From Octopus sinensis (taxonomy: Eukaryota), in NCBI RefSeq assembly GCF_006345805.1, contig NC_043005.1, positions 93,248,001 to 93,312,000 on the forward strand: a stretch of 64,000 nt of DNA, read 5' to 3'. Below the pieces are notes generated by a model. It saw only the letters and a list, made by a program, of their open reading frames with translations, did not search any database and was not told the DNA's origin. The position numbers were made by a program, and so were the translations under genes. Shown piece by piece: positions 1 to 12,662 of the stretch (the first letter of the stretch is position 1; each line of letters opens with the position of its first letter).

Positions 1-18
1 CTCTTGAATACTGAGATG

Positions 19-1287
19 GCTCGTTAGAAGTAGTTGATGGCTTTTGTCGGGAGATGTAATTAGGAAGAGAGGTGGTTGCTCTGAAAGCAGCCAGGTTAAG
101 AACTGGTTGGAGAAAGTTCAGGGAACGACTGCCACTGTTGATGACAAAGATTTCTTCCCAAGACTGAGGGGCAGATTGTACAATGCTTGTGTTAGAAGTG
201 CAATGCCACATGCTTGTGAGACATGGGCTTTGAATGTAGAGGACTTGAGGGGTGTTCTTGGTTGGATGTGCAATGTGAATGTGCATGAAAGAATTAGTAC
301 AAGGGTGCTAAAAACTGGGCATAAGAGGAATCAGATGTTGTATTCAAGAAAGAAGTTTGTGCTGGTCTGGACATGTGATGCATGTGGACAAGGATGGCTG
401 TGTAAAGAAATGTCATGTGGCTGGAACTTGCAGGAGATCCAGGAAAACATGGAGTAAAATGATGAAGACTGACCTCAGGATTCTGAGCCTGGTGAAGAAG
501 ATGACAAAGGAAAGGGATCTCTGGTGATAGGAGGCCCTCAAAAAGATTTGCCCTCCTTAGTGAAACTGAGTTCTGGAAGTGCTAAGTTACAGTGCCCCTC
601 CCTGTTCATGTTACAGTGCTACCCTCACCTCATGCATTATGCCTGCCTCTTCCACTTACCCACCCCAGCTCCTACAGGCTACCCAATCATGTCATCTCTC
701 TCTCTCTCACCCGCCCACCTGGCAACTGTATCATCTTTACCATTCATGCTGTTCACCCCTGCTCTCTCTTCATCCTTCTATCTTTTCCAGCACATGGTTC
801 TTTGTTCATCCATCCTTCAGCCCTACCCATTCTGGCAGTCTGCCTCCCCAACTCCTCATTCTCTTTCCCACACAATCTTGCAAACAACCCACCCACCCCA
901 CTTCTACTCAGCTTCTGCCCTTAAAGGGCCACCTGAGCACCTCATCACCATTATCTCAGTTCCTGCTGGTCATTCTCTCCCTCTCCCCTACTTGATTCCT
1001 CTACAAGAACCCCCCACCCCACTCCACCTATCAGTGTTCATAGTCCTGTGAACTGCATAGTAACCACAATAATGCATGTGCCATGTAAAGAAGAAAAGCC
1101 CCCCCCCCCCAGTCCAGACTAGAATAAGAACTCGTTGGAGGTGTTAAGGGGGCCGTCCAGCCTTAGAAAGTTTGCCAAAACGGACATTGGAACACGAAGC
1201 AGTCCTTAGACACATCAGATCCTGTCAAACTGTCCAACCCCTGCTAGCATGGAATGCGGATGATAAATGATGATGATGATGATGATG
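19..1287 (+). mobile_element. Degenerate RTE-clade LINE 3' portion with (GAT)n tail
   Basis: Frameshifted RT C-terminal peptides (LEVVD, GGCSES, RLRGRLYNACVRSAMPHACETWAL); ends in catgg...gatgatgatgatg. Confidence 0.8.
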
Positions 1288-2254
1288 TTTTCTCATACTA
1301 GTCTATATTTTGTTTCATCATAACATTGTGCTTCTTTGTATCTGAGAAAACTGAAGAGAGAAGTGAGTTGTGAATGATTTATTGGAAGGCAAACAGATGG
1401 GGGGTGGTTTAAAACACTTGCCTCTCAGCCGTGTGGTCATAGGTTCAGTCCTACTCTTTGACACCTTGGTCAAGAGTCTTTTACTTTGGAGTCAGGCTGA
1501 CTAATGCCTTGTAAATGGAATTGGTTGATGGAAACTTTATGGAAGCCTGTTATATGTACGTGGGTGTGTGTGGTACACATGTACATGACAGGCTTCCCTA
1601 CAGTTTCCATCAGACATTCCTGCTTCTTGCATGAGGTCATCTAAGCATAAGAACAGTGTCACAGTCTCACCCAATATCTGTAATAGAGAAGTATGTGTGC
1701 TGGTGCAGATATGTGATGTAAATGAATGCCACTTACCAGAAAGGAAGATGCCATGTGCCAACAGTAGAATCTTGTCATGGCAGAGAAAGACTAAGAAGGA
1801 TCTAGAAGAAGAAATGGTCAGGTGTTAGTTGGGTTTCGTAGACAAGAAGAGAGAGGATCAACAAGAATAGCAACACAACATGCAACAGATGTTGCAACCC
1901 AATGAATGGTACCGTGGACAAGCAGATGTTGAATGGTGTTGGCAGCAAGGATGCTGACAACAGCTCCTCTTCATCCTTGTTTTCCACCTCATCATATTTC
2001 TCTTCACCTTCTCCTCCATCTTATCATTCCTAATGAACCATAGTTTGCTATTTATTGTAATAATTCTCAGTTGTTGTGTTTAACTTTTAAGTCAGTATTT
2101 TATTTCCACAGAATGGCATGGCAGTTGTCCGACCTCCAGGTCATCATGCAGAAGCACAACAAGCTATGTAAGTAGTCTGCACAGTGTAACATTCTTTTGA
2201 AAACTCCTGCTCTAACTTTCTCCCTTTCCACCTCTCTCTCTCTCTCTCTCTCGT

Positions 2255-2458
2255 GGTCGTAGCCAGCCTCCTGTGCTAGTGGCACGTTAAAAAGCACCCA
2301 CTACACTCTCTTAGTGGTTGGCATTAGGAAGGGCATCCAGCTGTAGAAAGACTGCCAGATCAGACTGGAGCCTGGTTCATCCTCCTGGCTTCCCAGACCC
2401 CAGTCAAACCATCCAACCCATGCCAGCATGGAAAACGGACGTTAAAAGATGATGATGA
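2255..2458 (+). mobile_element. RTE-LINE/SINE 3' end
   Basis: ggcattaggaagggcatccagctgtagaaa...gcatggaaaacggacgttaaaagatgatgatg, the reverse complement of the tail at 3910-4090. Confidence 0.8.
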
Positions 2459-2929
2459 TACATGCACACACACACATACACACACACACACACCTTATTC
2501 ATGTGTGTGTGTGCGTGTACAAGGTAAAGGTTTACAGCTCCTTTGAAGTTTCAGTTCTGGTGTTGTCATCAATCTGATAAAGGCTCTGAAGCCAAAACCT
2601 CAAAGTAAACATCAACCTTTTCTTGTAACAATAAACTAAACGTGGTGCTGTATTGAAAAGTAATCAATGATCTTCCAAGACGATTATTTTGACCATAGGT
2701 CATCTGTTGATGCTGGGCCACATTTTAAACAACTTGGACTTTCCAAGTAGCACAATCTCATGAATTACCAATAAAATGTATCTTATCGCTGACACCCTGT
2801 ATATAACTACCCATAAAAATAAACAAAAATATTGTGCCTTACTATTTATTCCCACCACTTAAATGTGGGTGTTCTATTAGAACACACTTTGTACTCTGGT
2901 AATATTTAAACCACCGTGTATGTGTGTGT

Positions 2930-3305
2930 GCAGGCATGGCTGGGTGGTTAAGCTGCTCACTTTGCAGCCGCATGGTTTTGGTTTCAGTTCCACTGTACAG
3001 CTTTTTGGACAAGTGCTTTCTGTTATAGCCTTAGACTGAACATTATCTTGTGAAGAAATTTAATAGATTGGAAACTGTGTGGAAGCCATTGTGTGTGTCT
3101 TTATGTTTGTCCCCCCACCACTACTTCATAAATGGTGTTGGTTTGTTTCTGTCCCTGTAACTTAGTGCTTAGTAAGGAGATCAGTTAGCTCCAGATTTAA
3201 AAATAAGTTCTGGTAGTGATTTGTTCGCTTAAACACATAATGGTGGTGCCCCAGCATGGCCACAGTCCTATGACTAAAACAAGTAACAGATAATAGAAAG
3301 ATAAA
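2930..3305 (+). mobile_element. tRNA-derived SINE (same family as 9785-10178)
   Basis: Shares head (ggcatggctgggtggttaag...ttcagttccactg), body and ccagcatggccacagtc tail with the copy at 9785. Confidence 0.8.
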
Positions 3306-3453
3306 ATGTCACACACACACACACACTTTTTTTTCCTTTGTTATAATCCTAGAAATTCATTAAAGCAGTTGTATATAATTACTTGATTTAATTATACAAT
3401 CCATGTTTAAATATTTGTCCATTTTGTGATTTTTCTTTCCGTCTCTCCTGCAG

Positions 3454-3541
3454 GGGTTTCTGTTACTTTAACTCTATTGCTATTGCGGCCAAACAACTAC
3501 GGGAGAAAATGAAAGTGGAGAAAATCCTCATTCTAGATTGG
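3454..3541 (+). CDS. HDAC4: Class IIa HDAC internal exon ([29 protein letters not shown])
   Basis: Acceptor ctcctgcag|, donor |gtaagt, 88 nt (1+29 codons). Matches HDAC4 MGFCYFNSVAVAAK...KILIVDW. Upstream exons lie outside the window. Confidence 0.95.
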
Positions 3542-3909
3542 GTAAGTGAACAGAACTTGTATTGAATAGTTTCTTTTATAGGTACTTGCATGGTCGTGTG
3601 GGTTTCAGTAGCACCTTGGACAAGTGTCTTCTGCTACTACCCTGGGCCAACTGAAGCTCAGTGAATGTGGCAGGCAAAACTGTGTGGAAACCTGTTGTAT
3701 CTGTGTGTTTATCTCGCCCTACTCCACTGTTTCATAACTGGTGTTTGTTTACATAGACTAAATGCCAGATCAAGTAAACCATTGCAAGTGCTGCCCTCTC
3801 ATGGCCATAATCCAGTGACTGGAACATCTTTTGGTGTTAGAAGAGACATTCCTGCCTACAGACTTCCTTATTTCTTCCATGAGAATTCATGTTTTCCAGA
3901 ATTCAGGAA

Positions 3910-5345
3910 TCATCATCATCATCATCGTCGTTTAACGTCCGTTCTCCATGCTAGCATGGGTTGGACGGTTCGACCGGGGTTCTGGGAAGCCAGAAGGCTG
4001 CACCAGGCTCCAGTCTAATTTGGCAATGTTTCTACAGCTGGATGCCCTTCCTAACACCAACCACTCCGTGAGTGTAGTGGGTGCTTTTTACGTGCCACCT
4101 GCACAGGTGCCAGGCGGGGCTGGCAACGGCCACGGTCAGATTGGTGTATTTTATGTGCCACCGGCACGGAAGCCAGTCGAGGCGGTGCTGGCATCGGCCA
4201 CGAGTCGGATAGTGCTTTTTACGTACCACCAGACCAGGGATCCTGGCTGGTTCAATTCGATTTCGATTTCGCTTGCCCCAACATGTCTTCACAAGCAAAG
4301 GGGGTTGGCAAGGGTGCCTGTCGTACGGTCGCATTGAAGTATTTTACGTGCCACGGCCACGAGTCGGATAGTGCTTTTTACGTACCACCAGACCAGGGAT
4401 CCTGGCTGGTTCAATTCGATTTCGATTTCGCTTGCCCCAACATGTCTTCACAAGCAAAGGGGGTTGGCATGGGTGCCTGTCGTACGGTCGCATTGGAGTA
4501 TTTTACGTGCCACGGCCACGAGTCGGATAGTGCTTTTTACGTACCACCAGGCCAGGGATCCTGGCTGGTTCAATTCGGTTTCGATTTCGATTTCGATTTC
4601 CCCAACATGTCTTCGCAAGCATGGGGGGTTGGCATGGGTGTCTGTCGTCGGATGAGGTTCTATATCGACTTCGCTTGCCTCAACCGGTCTTTGTGTCCAA
4701 GGGAGGAAAGGCATTCATAAGTGGGCTGGGCTCACTTGTCCTGCCTGGTCTTCTCACGTACAGAATATTTCCAAAGGTCTCGGTCTCTGGTCATTTCCTC
4801 AGTGAGGCCTAAAGTTCGAAGGTCGTGCTTCACCACCTCGTCCCAGGTTTTCCTGGGTCTACCTCTTCCACGGGTTCCCTCAACTGCTAGGGATTGGCAC
4901 TTTCTCACACACCTATCTTCATCCATTCTCGCCACATGACCATACCAGCGCAATCGTCTCTCTTGCACACCACAACTGATGCTTCTTAGGTACAACATTT
5001 CTCTCAAGGTGCTAACGCTCTGTCGAGTATGTACACTGACATTACACATCCATCGGAGCATACTGGCTTCATTCCTCACGAGCTTACGCATGTCCTCAGC
5101 AGTCACGGCCCATGTTTCGCTGCCATGTAGCATGGCTGTTCGTACACACGCATCATACAGTCTGCCTTTTACTCTGAGCGAGAGGCCTTTAGTCACCAGC
5201 AGAGGTAAGAGCTCCCTAAACTTTGCCCAGGCTATTCTTATTCTAGCAGTTACACTTTCAGCGCACCCACCCCCACTACTGACTTGGTCACCTAGATAAC
5301 GGAAGCTATCAACTACTTCTAGTTTTTCCCCCTGGAAAGTGACGA
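3910..5345 (-). mobile_element. Young 5'-truncated RTE-clade LINE: open RT C-terminus (4732-5345), 3'UTR and (ATG)n tail
   Basis: Open peptide KLEVVDSFRYLGD...LYDACVRTAMLHGSETW...RRLRWYGHVARM...GRGRPRKTW; catcatcat tail at 3910-3928. The ORF-track Met at 5394 lies in unrelated flank. Confidence 0.92.
4196..4645. repeat. ~2.8 tandem copies of a 159-bp unit inside the RTE 3'UTR
   Basis: ggccacgagtcggatagtgc recurs at 4196, 4355 and 4514. Confidence 0.93.
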
Positions 5346-5414
5346 ATTCTAATAACCCCTTTGCTCGTTCCACCATTTCTTCCTTCTTCATCAAGTTTTA
5401 AAATATTAGGTATG

Positions 5415-5595
5415 AAAATGGTGAGCTGACAGAACCATTAGCATCTTTCAAAATCTCACTGATGTCCACTTTGCCTTTCATCCTTTCAGAGTTGATGAAA
5501 TAAGGACCAGTTGAGTACTGGGGTCAGTGTAATCAACTAATTCCTTCTTCCTGTATTTCTGACCCCATGCCAAAATTTGAAAAAATACTAAGTGT
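5415..5595 (+). mobile_element. Degenerate SINE (ggtgagctgacagaac...gcctttcatcctttc...ctggggtc family)
   Basis: Same motifs recur at ~11475-11640, ~34080-34220 and in the 37040-37860 cluster. Confidence 0.65.
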
Positions 5596-6584
5596 GTTAT
5601 TTGAAAGTGCTAAGTAGAGGAATATTGGATATTAATCCAACACCTCACAATTTTGAGATTAAATTGCACCAAATTTAGCATAATTTTTTCATTCCCCAAA
5701 CTCAATACAATATGTAGCAGCAGCAGCAGTAGTAGTAGATTTGAATCAATTATCTTCAACATTATTGCATCGACCTTTCTTTTGTTGCATAAGGTTTTAC
5801 ATAAAACCACTTAATATAACTTTAGTACAAGAGTTTAAATATTTAATACCAGGAAAAATACTGAAAAATAATCGAAGTACCATGTACATGTTATATTATC
5901 AGCATAATCAGTTTCATTATTTTAATGTTAACATTTCCATGCAGGCATGGATCAAGCAAAATTCATTGAGACAAACATTCACTGGCTGGATGCCTGTCCT
6001 GTCACCAACCCCCATCTGGTTTCCAAGGGAGGTAATAATCCCATAGTTTGTCAAATATCAAACAGCCCAAACATGGTTATGAGCTTTTTTGTTTACGAAG
6101 CTTGTGCAACATGTTGGAGCCTGTCAAGAAGCTTGGTTGTGTTTCCATAGTTGACTTCCTGTCTTGATGGTGTAACTCTTTTGTCTGTTGTTAGCGAACA
6201 CACATAAAGAAAGGAGATTTATGAAATCATTCACACAAACTTACACATATGTCTATAAATCATGCTTCTTCAGTTTTGTCTACCAGTTTCACTCACAAAG
6301 AATTGGTCCACCTACAAGCATCTTACAGAACGTTAGCCAACAATGCTCAAGCAGTGAGTTTGAACCCATAACCTCATAGTTCCTTTGCAAACTTCATAAC
6401 AATGCAGTCATGCTTGCCTGATATGTATTATAATGAGTAATAAAGCATGAGATTTAGTTATTGCGATGAGAAAGAAAAGAAGTTGTAATTGAGAAGAAAG
6501 CAGCCATTTTATCCAATTCGGTATTTATGTCATTCAATATTCCATTTGATGTTTCTTTTAAAAAAAAAAACTTTTTCTTTGCAG

Positions 6585-6802
6585 GACGTTCATCATGGCA
6601 ATGCCACACAGCAGATGTTCTATAATGATCCCAGTGTCTTGTACATATCAATACATCGGCATGATGAAGGTAATTTTTTCCCAGGGACTGGATCCCCTGA
6701 CGAATGTGGCGCTGATGATGGACTTGGTTTTAATGTCAATATTGCATTCGGTGGATCCTTGAATCCACCAATGGGCGATGCTGAGTATCTGACAGCTTTC
6801 AG
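6585..6802 (+). CDS. HDAC4: Class IIa HDAC exon with Zn-binding DVHHGN motif ([13 protein letters not shown]...[12 protein letters not shown])
   Basis: Acceptor tttctttgcag|, donor AG|gtgagc, 218 nt (72 codons+2). Strong match to the HDAC4 catalytic domain. Confidence 0.98.
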
Positions 6803-7366
6803 GTGAGCAAGTTTCACATTTTACATCAACAGAGAATTTTCTATGAGATATGAGAATGAGAAAATAATTTTCTCAGGTATGTGGCTACATATATATATAT
6901 ATATATATATATACGTACACACACACATGTATAGGTGAGAGAGTTGGTATGTGAAAGCATGTGGTTGGATGTATAAAAGACAAAAAAGAGTGAAAAAACT
7001 ACAGTAGGCTTGTGTTTTGTGGTTAAAGAATATATTTAAATCGTTATGTTAGAAAAATTTTATAAAATTTTGCGTATAGTAACATAGTTTTTGAAGAAAT
7101 AACCAATTTCGTATTTTCTTTTCAAATTTCTCAAATTTCTTTACCTATATCGTGTCATGTCTTCGCTATGTTGTGAAATATGAAGTTCCAGGTAGGGGAA
7201 GGTAATCAGGGATTTTTTCCGGTATGAGGGAGATAATTAAACATGTTGGGAATGACTAATTAAAGATGATTTGGTTTGGAAGGAATACAATGTTACAAGC
7301 GGTTAGGTTTTGCTATATATTTTTTTCAATGAGGTTGAGTTTCCTTTTTTAAAAATGTTAGAAATG

Positions 7367-7915
7367 GTTAAGTTTTGGCTTATATTTTTCAATGAAGAAG
7401 ATTTCCTTATTTAATCTAACTTGTATTGGTGTTCCAATGGCACATTGATAGAATGGAAAGATTATAAATTGTGGTAGCAGTTGCTTTGCACATTTCTCAA
7501 TATGTTCACTAAGGGGTATCATTCTGTATTCTGGAAATGCAATCTGCTGTCAATGCAGAGTGCATCTGCATCTGAGCGATAATCCCATGGACCCTATGTA
7601 GTTTTTGTGGCAGCCCGAGCATCTTATGACATAAATCAGGTTTTCCGAAGCACAAGTAAAATTAGATTTGATTTTGAATTTTTGTCCCTCTTTGAAGAGG
7701 AATTCTGATCCTTCTAGAAGGTTTGGGCATGTTGCGCAATTTGGTCTACCACATTTTTTTACTTTTGCATCCGTTATTTCAGAAAATAATTTTGCCTTTC
7801 TGAGGATCTTTTTTAGTGATTTCGGTTGTTTGTAGCTTTTAATGATTTTATGTATGTTTAAAATTTCCTTCAATTTAGGGTCCTTATGTAGCATTGGTAA
7901 ATTCTGGGTGATGAT
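7367..7915 (-). mobile_element. Penelope-like element relic: linker and GIY-YIG endonuclease
   Basis: KCGRPNCATC...NFTCASENLIYVIRCSGCHKNYIG...LR.RCTLH, continuing past a stop to EIFFIEKYKPKLN. Confidence 0.88.
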
Positions 7916-8916
7916 GGTGAATATATACACACACTTGTATATATACACATATAATATACATAATATAATATACAATCTAATATAGTAGAACATTTAGTAT
8001 ATGTCTGTATGTGTATATATATATATCTGTGTAGGTATATATATATATATATTGCCTGTTATATACATTATATTATTATCTTTATAATTTACTTCCATCT
8101 TTACTTTTTAATTGTCACTTTAATTTTAACTTTCCTATGATATACAATTTTCAAGATGGTGTAATTTGGTTGTTCATTTTGAACTGATAAAAGGTTTTTT
8201 TCAAATATTTTATGTATAAGTCTGTGTGTATATATATGTAGTGGTATAAATATCAACACACAAAAAAATTTTTTTCTTCTCCATTTCCTCCCTTATTTTT
8301 ATTTTTATTTTTATATTTATTTTCCCTTTTTCTCTTTTTGTCTCTCTCCCCTTCTCCAAACACACAGAGACACACATGCACACAAACACACATGGATACA
8401 CAGAGACACACACACACACCTCCACAAAACGATCTACTTTGACCCCAAATGGCATTTGACCATCCTCAAAATCATAAAAGGTGTAATTTATGGCCTGCCT
8501 ACCCACCAACACACACTCAGTGACACCAAAATGGACAGAAAGCTAAAATTCTTAAAACTCCCTAGGGGGTCCAGCAGGCCAAAGGAAATCCTTCTTCTTC
8601 TTCTTCCCTCTCCCTTCCCCTCCTTCTCTTTAGCCTCAGATACAAACGCACATACACATACACACATGTTCTCTCTCTCACTTCCTCCTCATCCACTTCA
8701 CCGAAACTCTATAAAATGATTAAATTCCCCACAAAGGAATTAATTTGATTTGAAAACCCCACTAGAATGGGAGAAAGCGCTAATAATCTGAATGATATGA
8801 TATATATATGTAAAAAATGTAATATATAAATAAATGTCCATAAATATGAACCATCCGATCTTCTGATTACCTCATTTCTTCTAATATATATATATATATA
8901 CACACACACACATATT

Positions 8917-8952
<36 letters not shown>

Positions 8953-8978
8953 TATATATATACACACACACACATATT

Positions 8979-9010
<32 letters not shown>

Positions 9011-9098
9011 TATATATATATACAAACATATATACACATACACACACACACACACACATATAAATGGAGTTGAACGCAAGTGTAATTCAAATTCTTTT

Positions 9099-9163
9099 AC
9101 TTCCGACACATGATTTGAAGACAACATTGGTGTAAAACAATGTAATCTTCTCTTCAGGGAAGT
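9099..9163 (-). ncRNA. Decayed type I hammerhead ribozyme in Penelope terminal region
   Basis: Minus strand: ACTTCC-CTGAAGA-GAAGAttACATTG(ttttacac)CAATGTtgTCTTC-AAAT-C(atgt)GTC-GGAAGT. Helices I and II intact; GAAA mutated to AAAT. Confidence 0.75.
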
Positions 9164-9784
9164 GAAGAAATGAAACTCGTCAATAAGACATTTTAACAGA
9201 AAATGATGGATATGTATAGTGATTAACTGAACGCTATTAAGATTGTTTCAAAAATCATTATAGGATATAATGTCAGAGGTAGCCTATAGAAAGAGGTGGG
9301 ATAAAGTAAAGAAAAACTAAATAAATGAGAAGTATATGACTATATGTATATTAAATAAAACCTTATAGACTAGGAAAATATATATTTTTTTAGTGAATGT
9401 TAAATTTAAAAAGAAAAATAATGTTTAAATTACATATAATGATAGAGATCACTATTATGAACTAAAGGTGTGTTTTTGCCAATGTTTACATCGGTATGCA
9501 TGCTCTATAACCGTGTTTACTAGGGGACTTTTAGAAAAAAATAATGAAAAATAGTTCAGAATTAAAGAGAAGACAGAATTCCTTGCCTTTGTCATAAAGT
9601 ATCGCGACTGAGAGAATCAACCAATCTAAATTAAACTGTTCATTGTGGTCTTTTAGATCCCAAATTAATTTACTGAGCCCTGTACTGTTACATTTATTCC
9701 CATCCCTAAATGTCGAGTAATGATTAGAAATTCTTCTAGATAGCTGTGAAGACGTGCTTCCAATATAAAAATATACTTGACTAG

Positions 9785-10178
9785 GCGCAGGAGTGGCTGT
9801 GTGGTAAGTAGCTTGCTAACCAACCACATGGTTCTGGGTTCAGTCCCACTGCATGGCATCTTGGGCAAGTGTCTTCTGCTGTAGCCCCAGGCCAACCAAT
9901 GCCTTGTGAGTGGATTTGGTAGACGGAAACTGAAAGAAGCCTGTCGTATATATGTATATATATATATGTGTGTGTTTGTATGCCTATGTTTGTCCCCCTA
10001 GCATTGCTTGACAACCGATGCTGGTGTGCTTACGTCCCTGTCACTTAGTGGTTCGGCAAAAGAGACCGATAGAATAAGTACGGGGCTTACAAAGAATAAG
10101 TCCTGGGATCGAATTGCTCGACTAAAGGCGGTGCTCCAGCATGGCCACAGTCAAATGACTGAAACAAGTAAAAGAAAG
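9785..10178 (+). mobile_element. Near full-length tRNA-derived SINE with internal (TA)/(TG) microsatellite
   Basis: Head ggcgcaggagtggctgtgtggtaag, B-box-like gggttcagtccc, tail ccagcatggccacagtcaaatgactgaaacaagtaaaag; flanked by a 2-nt ag duplication. Confidence 0.9.
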
Positions 10179-11945
10179 AATTATGAGTAGTAATTATACA
10201 CTGGTATATAGAATTTTTAATTTTAGGGTTACTTGACATAAGCTTGATTCTGTTAGAATTGACTTCAGATACAATAACCTTGTTATTAATATTTCTAGAG
10301 GGATGAATGATATTAGCTAAATTAATGTTAGTATTAGTAAATGTATTAATATTTAACAGGTTGTTATTATGTGAAGAGATAATTTGTAAGAGATTTTTAG
10401 TGTTGGAAAAACCAATTCTAACCGTATGTGAGTTGATAATAGAGTAATACCTAGAATTCTTTGGAAAATTCCTAATAATAGCTTCACGAAACTGCAATGG
10501 GAGATTAGATTTAATTTGTCTCCCATATGAAATAATTAGCCAAATGTTTTTACTACTAGTTATCTTATTTTTAGTGTAATTATTTTTGAAAGACTTAAGA
10601 ATGATAATAGTGGATTAAATAAGGATTATCTCCCTTCCTCCGTTTTGTTTTGGTGTATAAATTAAAATTGATATCGTTAATTTCTCTACAACTAGATTTC
10701 ATATCTGCATTAGTAAAGTTAGAATAAGACTGAATGAAATCAATCTAGATAATTTTCTCTGTATAACCGGCTTTAAGTAAGGCAGAGTTATAAATTTCAG
10801 CCTTATCATTGAAAATGTCAACATTAGCAGATAACTTAGACAATCTAAATGAAATATTTTTAACTAAGTTCCTGGTGATTGCCCTAGAATGATTACTGAA
10901 TTTGCTAATATACTTAAAATTGGTCGATGGTTTATGGGAAGTAAGAGTTATTGTGTAAGTTAGGTATAATGTCTAAAAAGTTGGCCTTAATATGACGATA
11001 TTGTCTGGTTAATCCAAAAATGTTCTATACAAACTGAAAATCTGGTCAATATACCAATTATAAGAATAGTTCGTCCATTGCAGAATAAAATCCTTGTAAT
11101 ATTACTTGGACTTATATATAGTCTTTATATATCTTCCATAATTATTATATCTACAATAATCCAGTATGTTGATTGATATAACAATTCCACCCAATTATCA
11201 AAACAGTTATAATTAATTAATGTGTGATACCACTATCTTTATTCTTGTGATCATTTGATTTTGATTGGTATATTTCTCAGATTTTTCAGTTTGTATAAAA
11301 CTTTGCTAGTTTCCATCTTCCAAATTCAATCTCAAGGCTTTGATTAGCCTTGGGTTGCAACAGAAGACACTTGCCCAAAGTGCTGTTCTGTGGGACTGAA
11401 CATGAAGCTGTGTGCTTGCAAAATGGACTTCTAATGTAATTGGCCATACCCACATCTATGTATAGTCTACCTGAAAATATTTGTGCCATTGGCAGAATCA
11501 GTAGAGCATCAGAAAAAGTGCTTTGTGGTATTTTGTTTGAACTTTGCCTTTCATCCTTTTGGAATTAAGTACCAGTCATGTGCTGAGGTCCATGGTATCA
11601 ACTAACCACCTCCCCTAAATCAGAAAGAATTATTATGTATGATGTAATTGATTTAATAACATATTGCCATTGTCCCTTATTTTGCTTGTTAATTTCAGTC
11701 TTACATATCTTACATGTTTTCCTAACTGTATGTGTATTAATGGATTAATTTGTTGGATTTATAAACTGTATAAATCTCTCACTCTATCTCCCTCAGCTAT
11801 TTTCCTCTTTTTCCCCTCTTTCTGTCATCTTCATCTGAACTTGTCCTCTTCTTACTTCATCTGTTTTTCAGCTGAGCTCAAACTGTACTTTATGCCTGCC
11901 ATAATAACCGTGATATTCTGTCTTTCTTTTTCCCCCCACCACCAG

Positions 11946-12064
11946 AACAATCATCATGCCAATAGCAAGAGAATTCAATCCTGAAGTTGTGTTGGTATCG
12001 GCTGGCTTTGATGCTGCTGCTGGACACAGTGCCCCGCTCGGCGGTTACGATGTTAGTGCTGACT
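11946..12064 (+). CDS. HDAC4: Class IIa HDAC exon ([39 protein letters not shown])
   Basis: Acceptor ccaccaccag|, donor |gtaagt, 119 nt, phase compatible with both neighbours. Contains the Zn ligand Asp of GFDA. Confidence 0.97.
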
Positions 12065-12662
12065 GTAAGTGTAACACAATCTGGCTTTTCTCTAATTCTC
12101 TTGCATACAGTACAGGCTTTTAGGGTAGTGACTGAGTTCTTATTGCTCCTATAAGTTAGAATGTTATAGGACTAGAAATCTGATCCCTAGAAGTGCTTGA
12201 GTGATATCAAAATGGTAAGGAGCAGGCTTAACAGGGTTCATAGGTGAGAGACCCAAATATGCCTCCCAGCCTCCATCACTACCAACATTTTAGCATTCAT
12301 TTAAATATGCTTGCTTTGCTACCACCATTTGGCTAATAACTGAGGCTGTGACCAACCCATCTCAACTGGAATTTTATCCTAGAGTCTTGGAATATATTTT
12401 TTGACTTTGTATTTGTGGTTAGAACTTAGAATTATTTCTGGAAAAATTTTAGCTGTTGCAAAAGTAAGTGAAATTATTTTTTCTTTGGTTTGTTGTTTAA
12501 TAAAGAGCTAATAATAAAGCTTTGGCGATGCACACAGAATTTCTCACTGTGTTTACGTATAAGCACCTGTATACACGTACTGAAGAACCATCTAGGTTCA
12601 GTTCTTTTCCATTTCAAAATATTCCGAAAGTTATTTTGCTTTTTCTCCAATTCATTTTGTAG

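Larger units (their letters stand above)
9070..11260 (-). mobile_element. Penelope-like element relic (RT C-terminus, linker, GIY-YIG, 3' terminal region with HHR), interrupted by a SINE
   Basis: SNHSRAITRNLVKNISFRLSKLSANVDIFNDKAEIYNSALLKAGY (~10740-10900); TVRIGFSNTKNLLQIISSHN; SIYQCIITTHNS|SQVYFYIGSTSSQLSRRISNHYSTF...LSKLIWDLK...; stop at 9455-9457. Confidence 0.87.

Noticed and set aside
524-1051. 175-aa Pro/Leu/Ser-rich ORF
   Set aside because: C/T-rich low-complexity sequence within a LINE relic; three overlapping frames are open.
4283-4720. Repeated-peptide ORFs on both strands
   Set aside because: They arise from the 159-bp tandem unit in a LINE 3'UTR.
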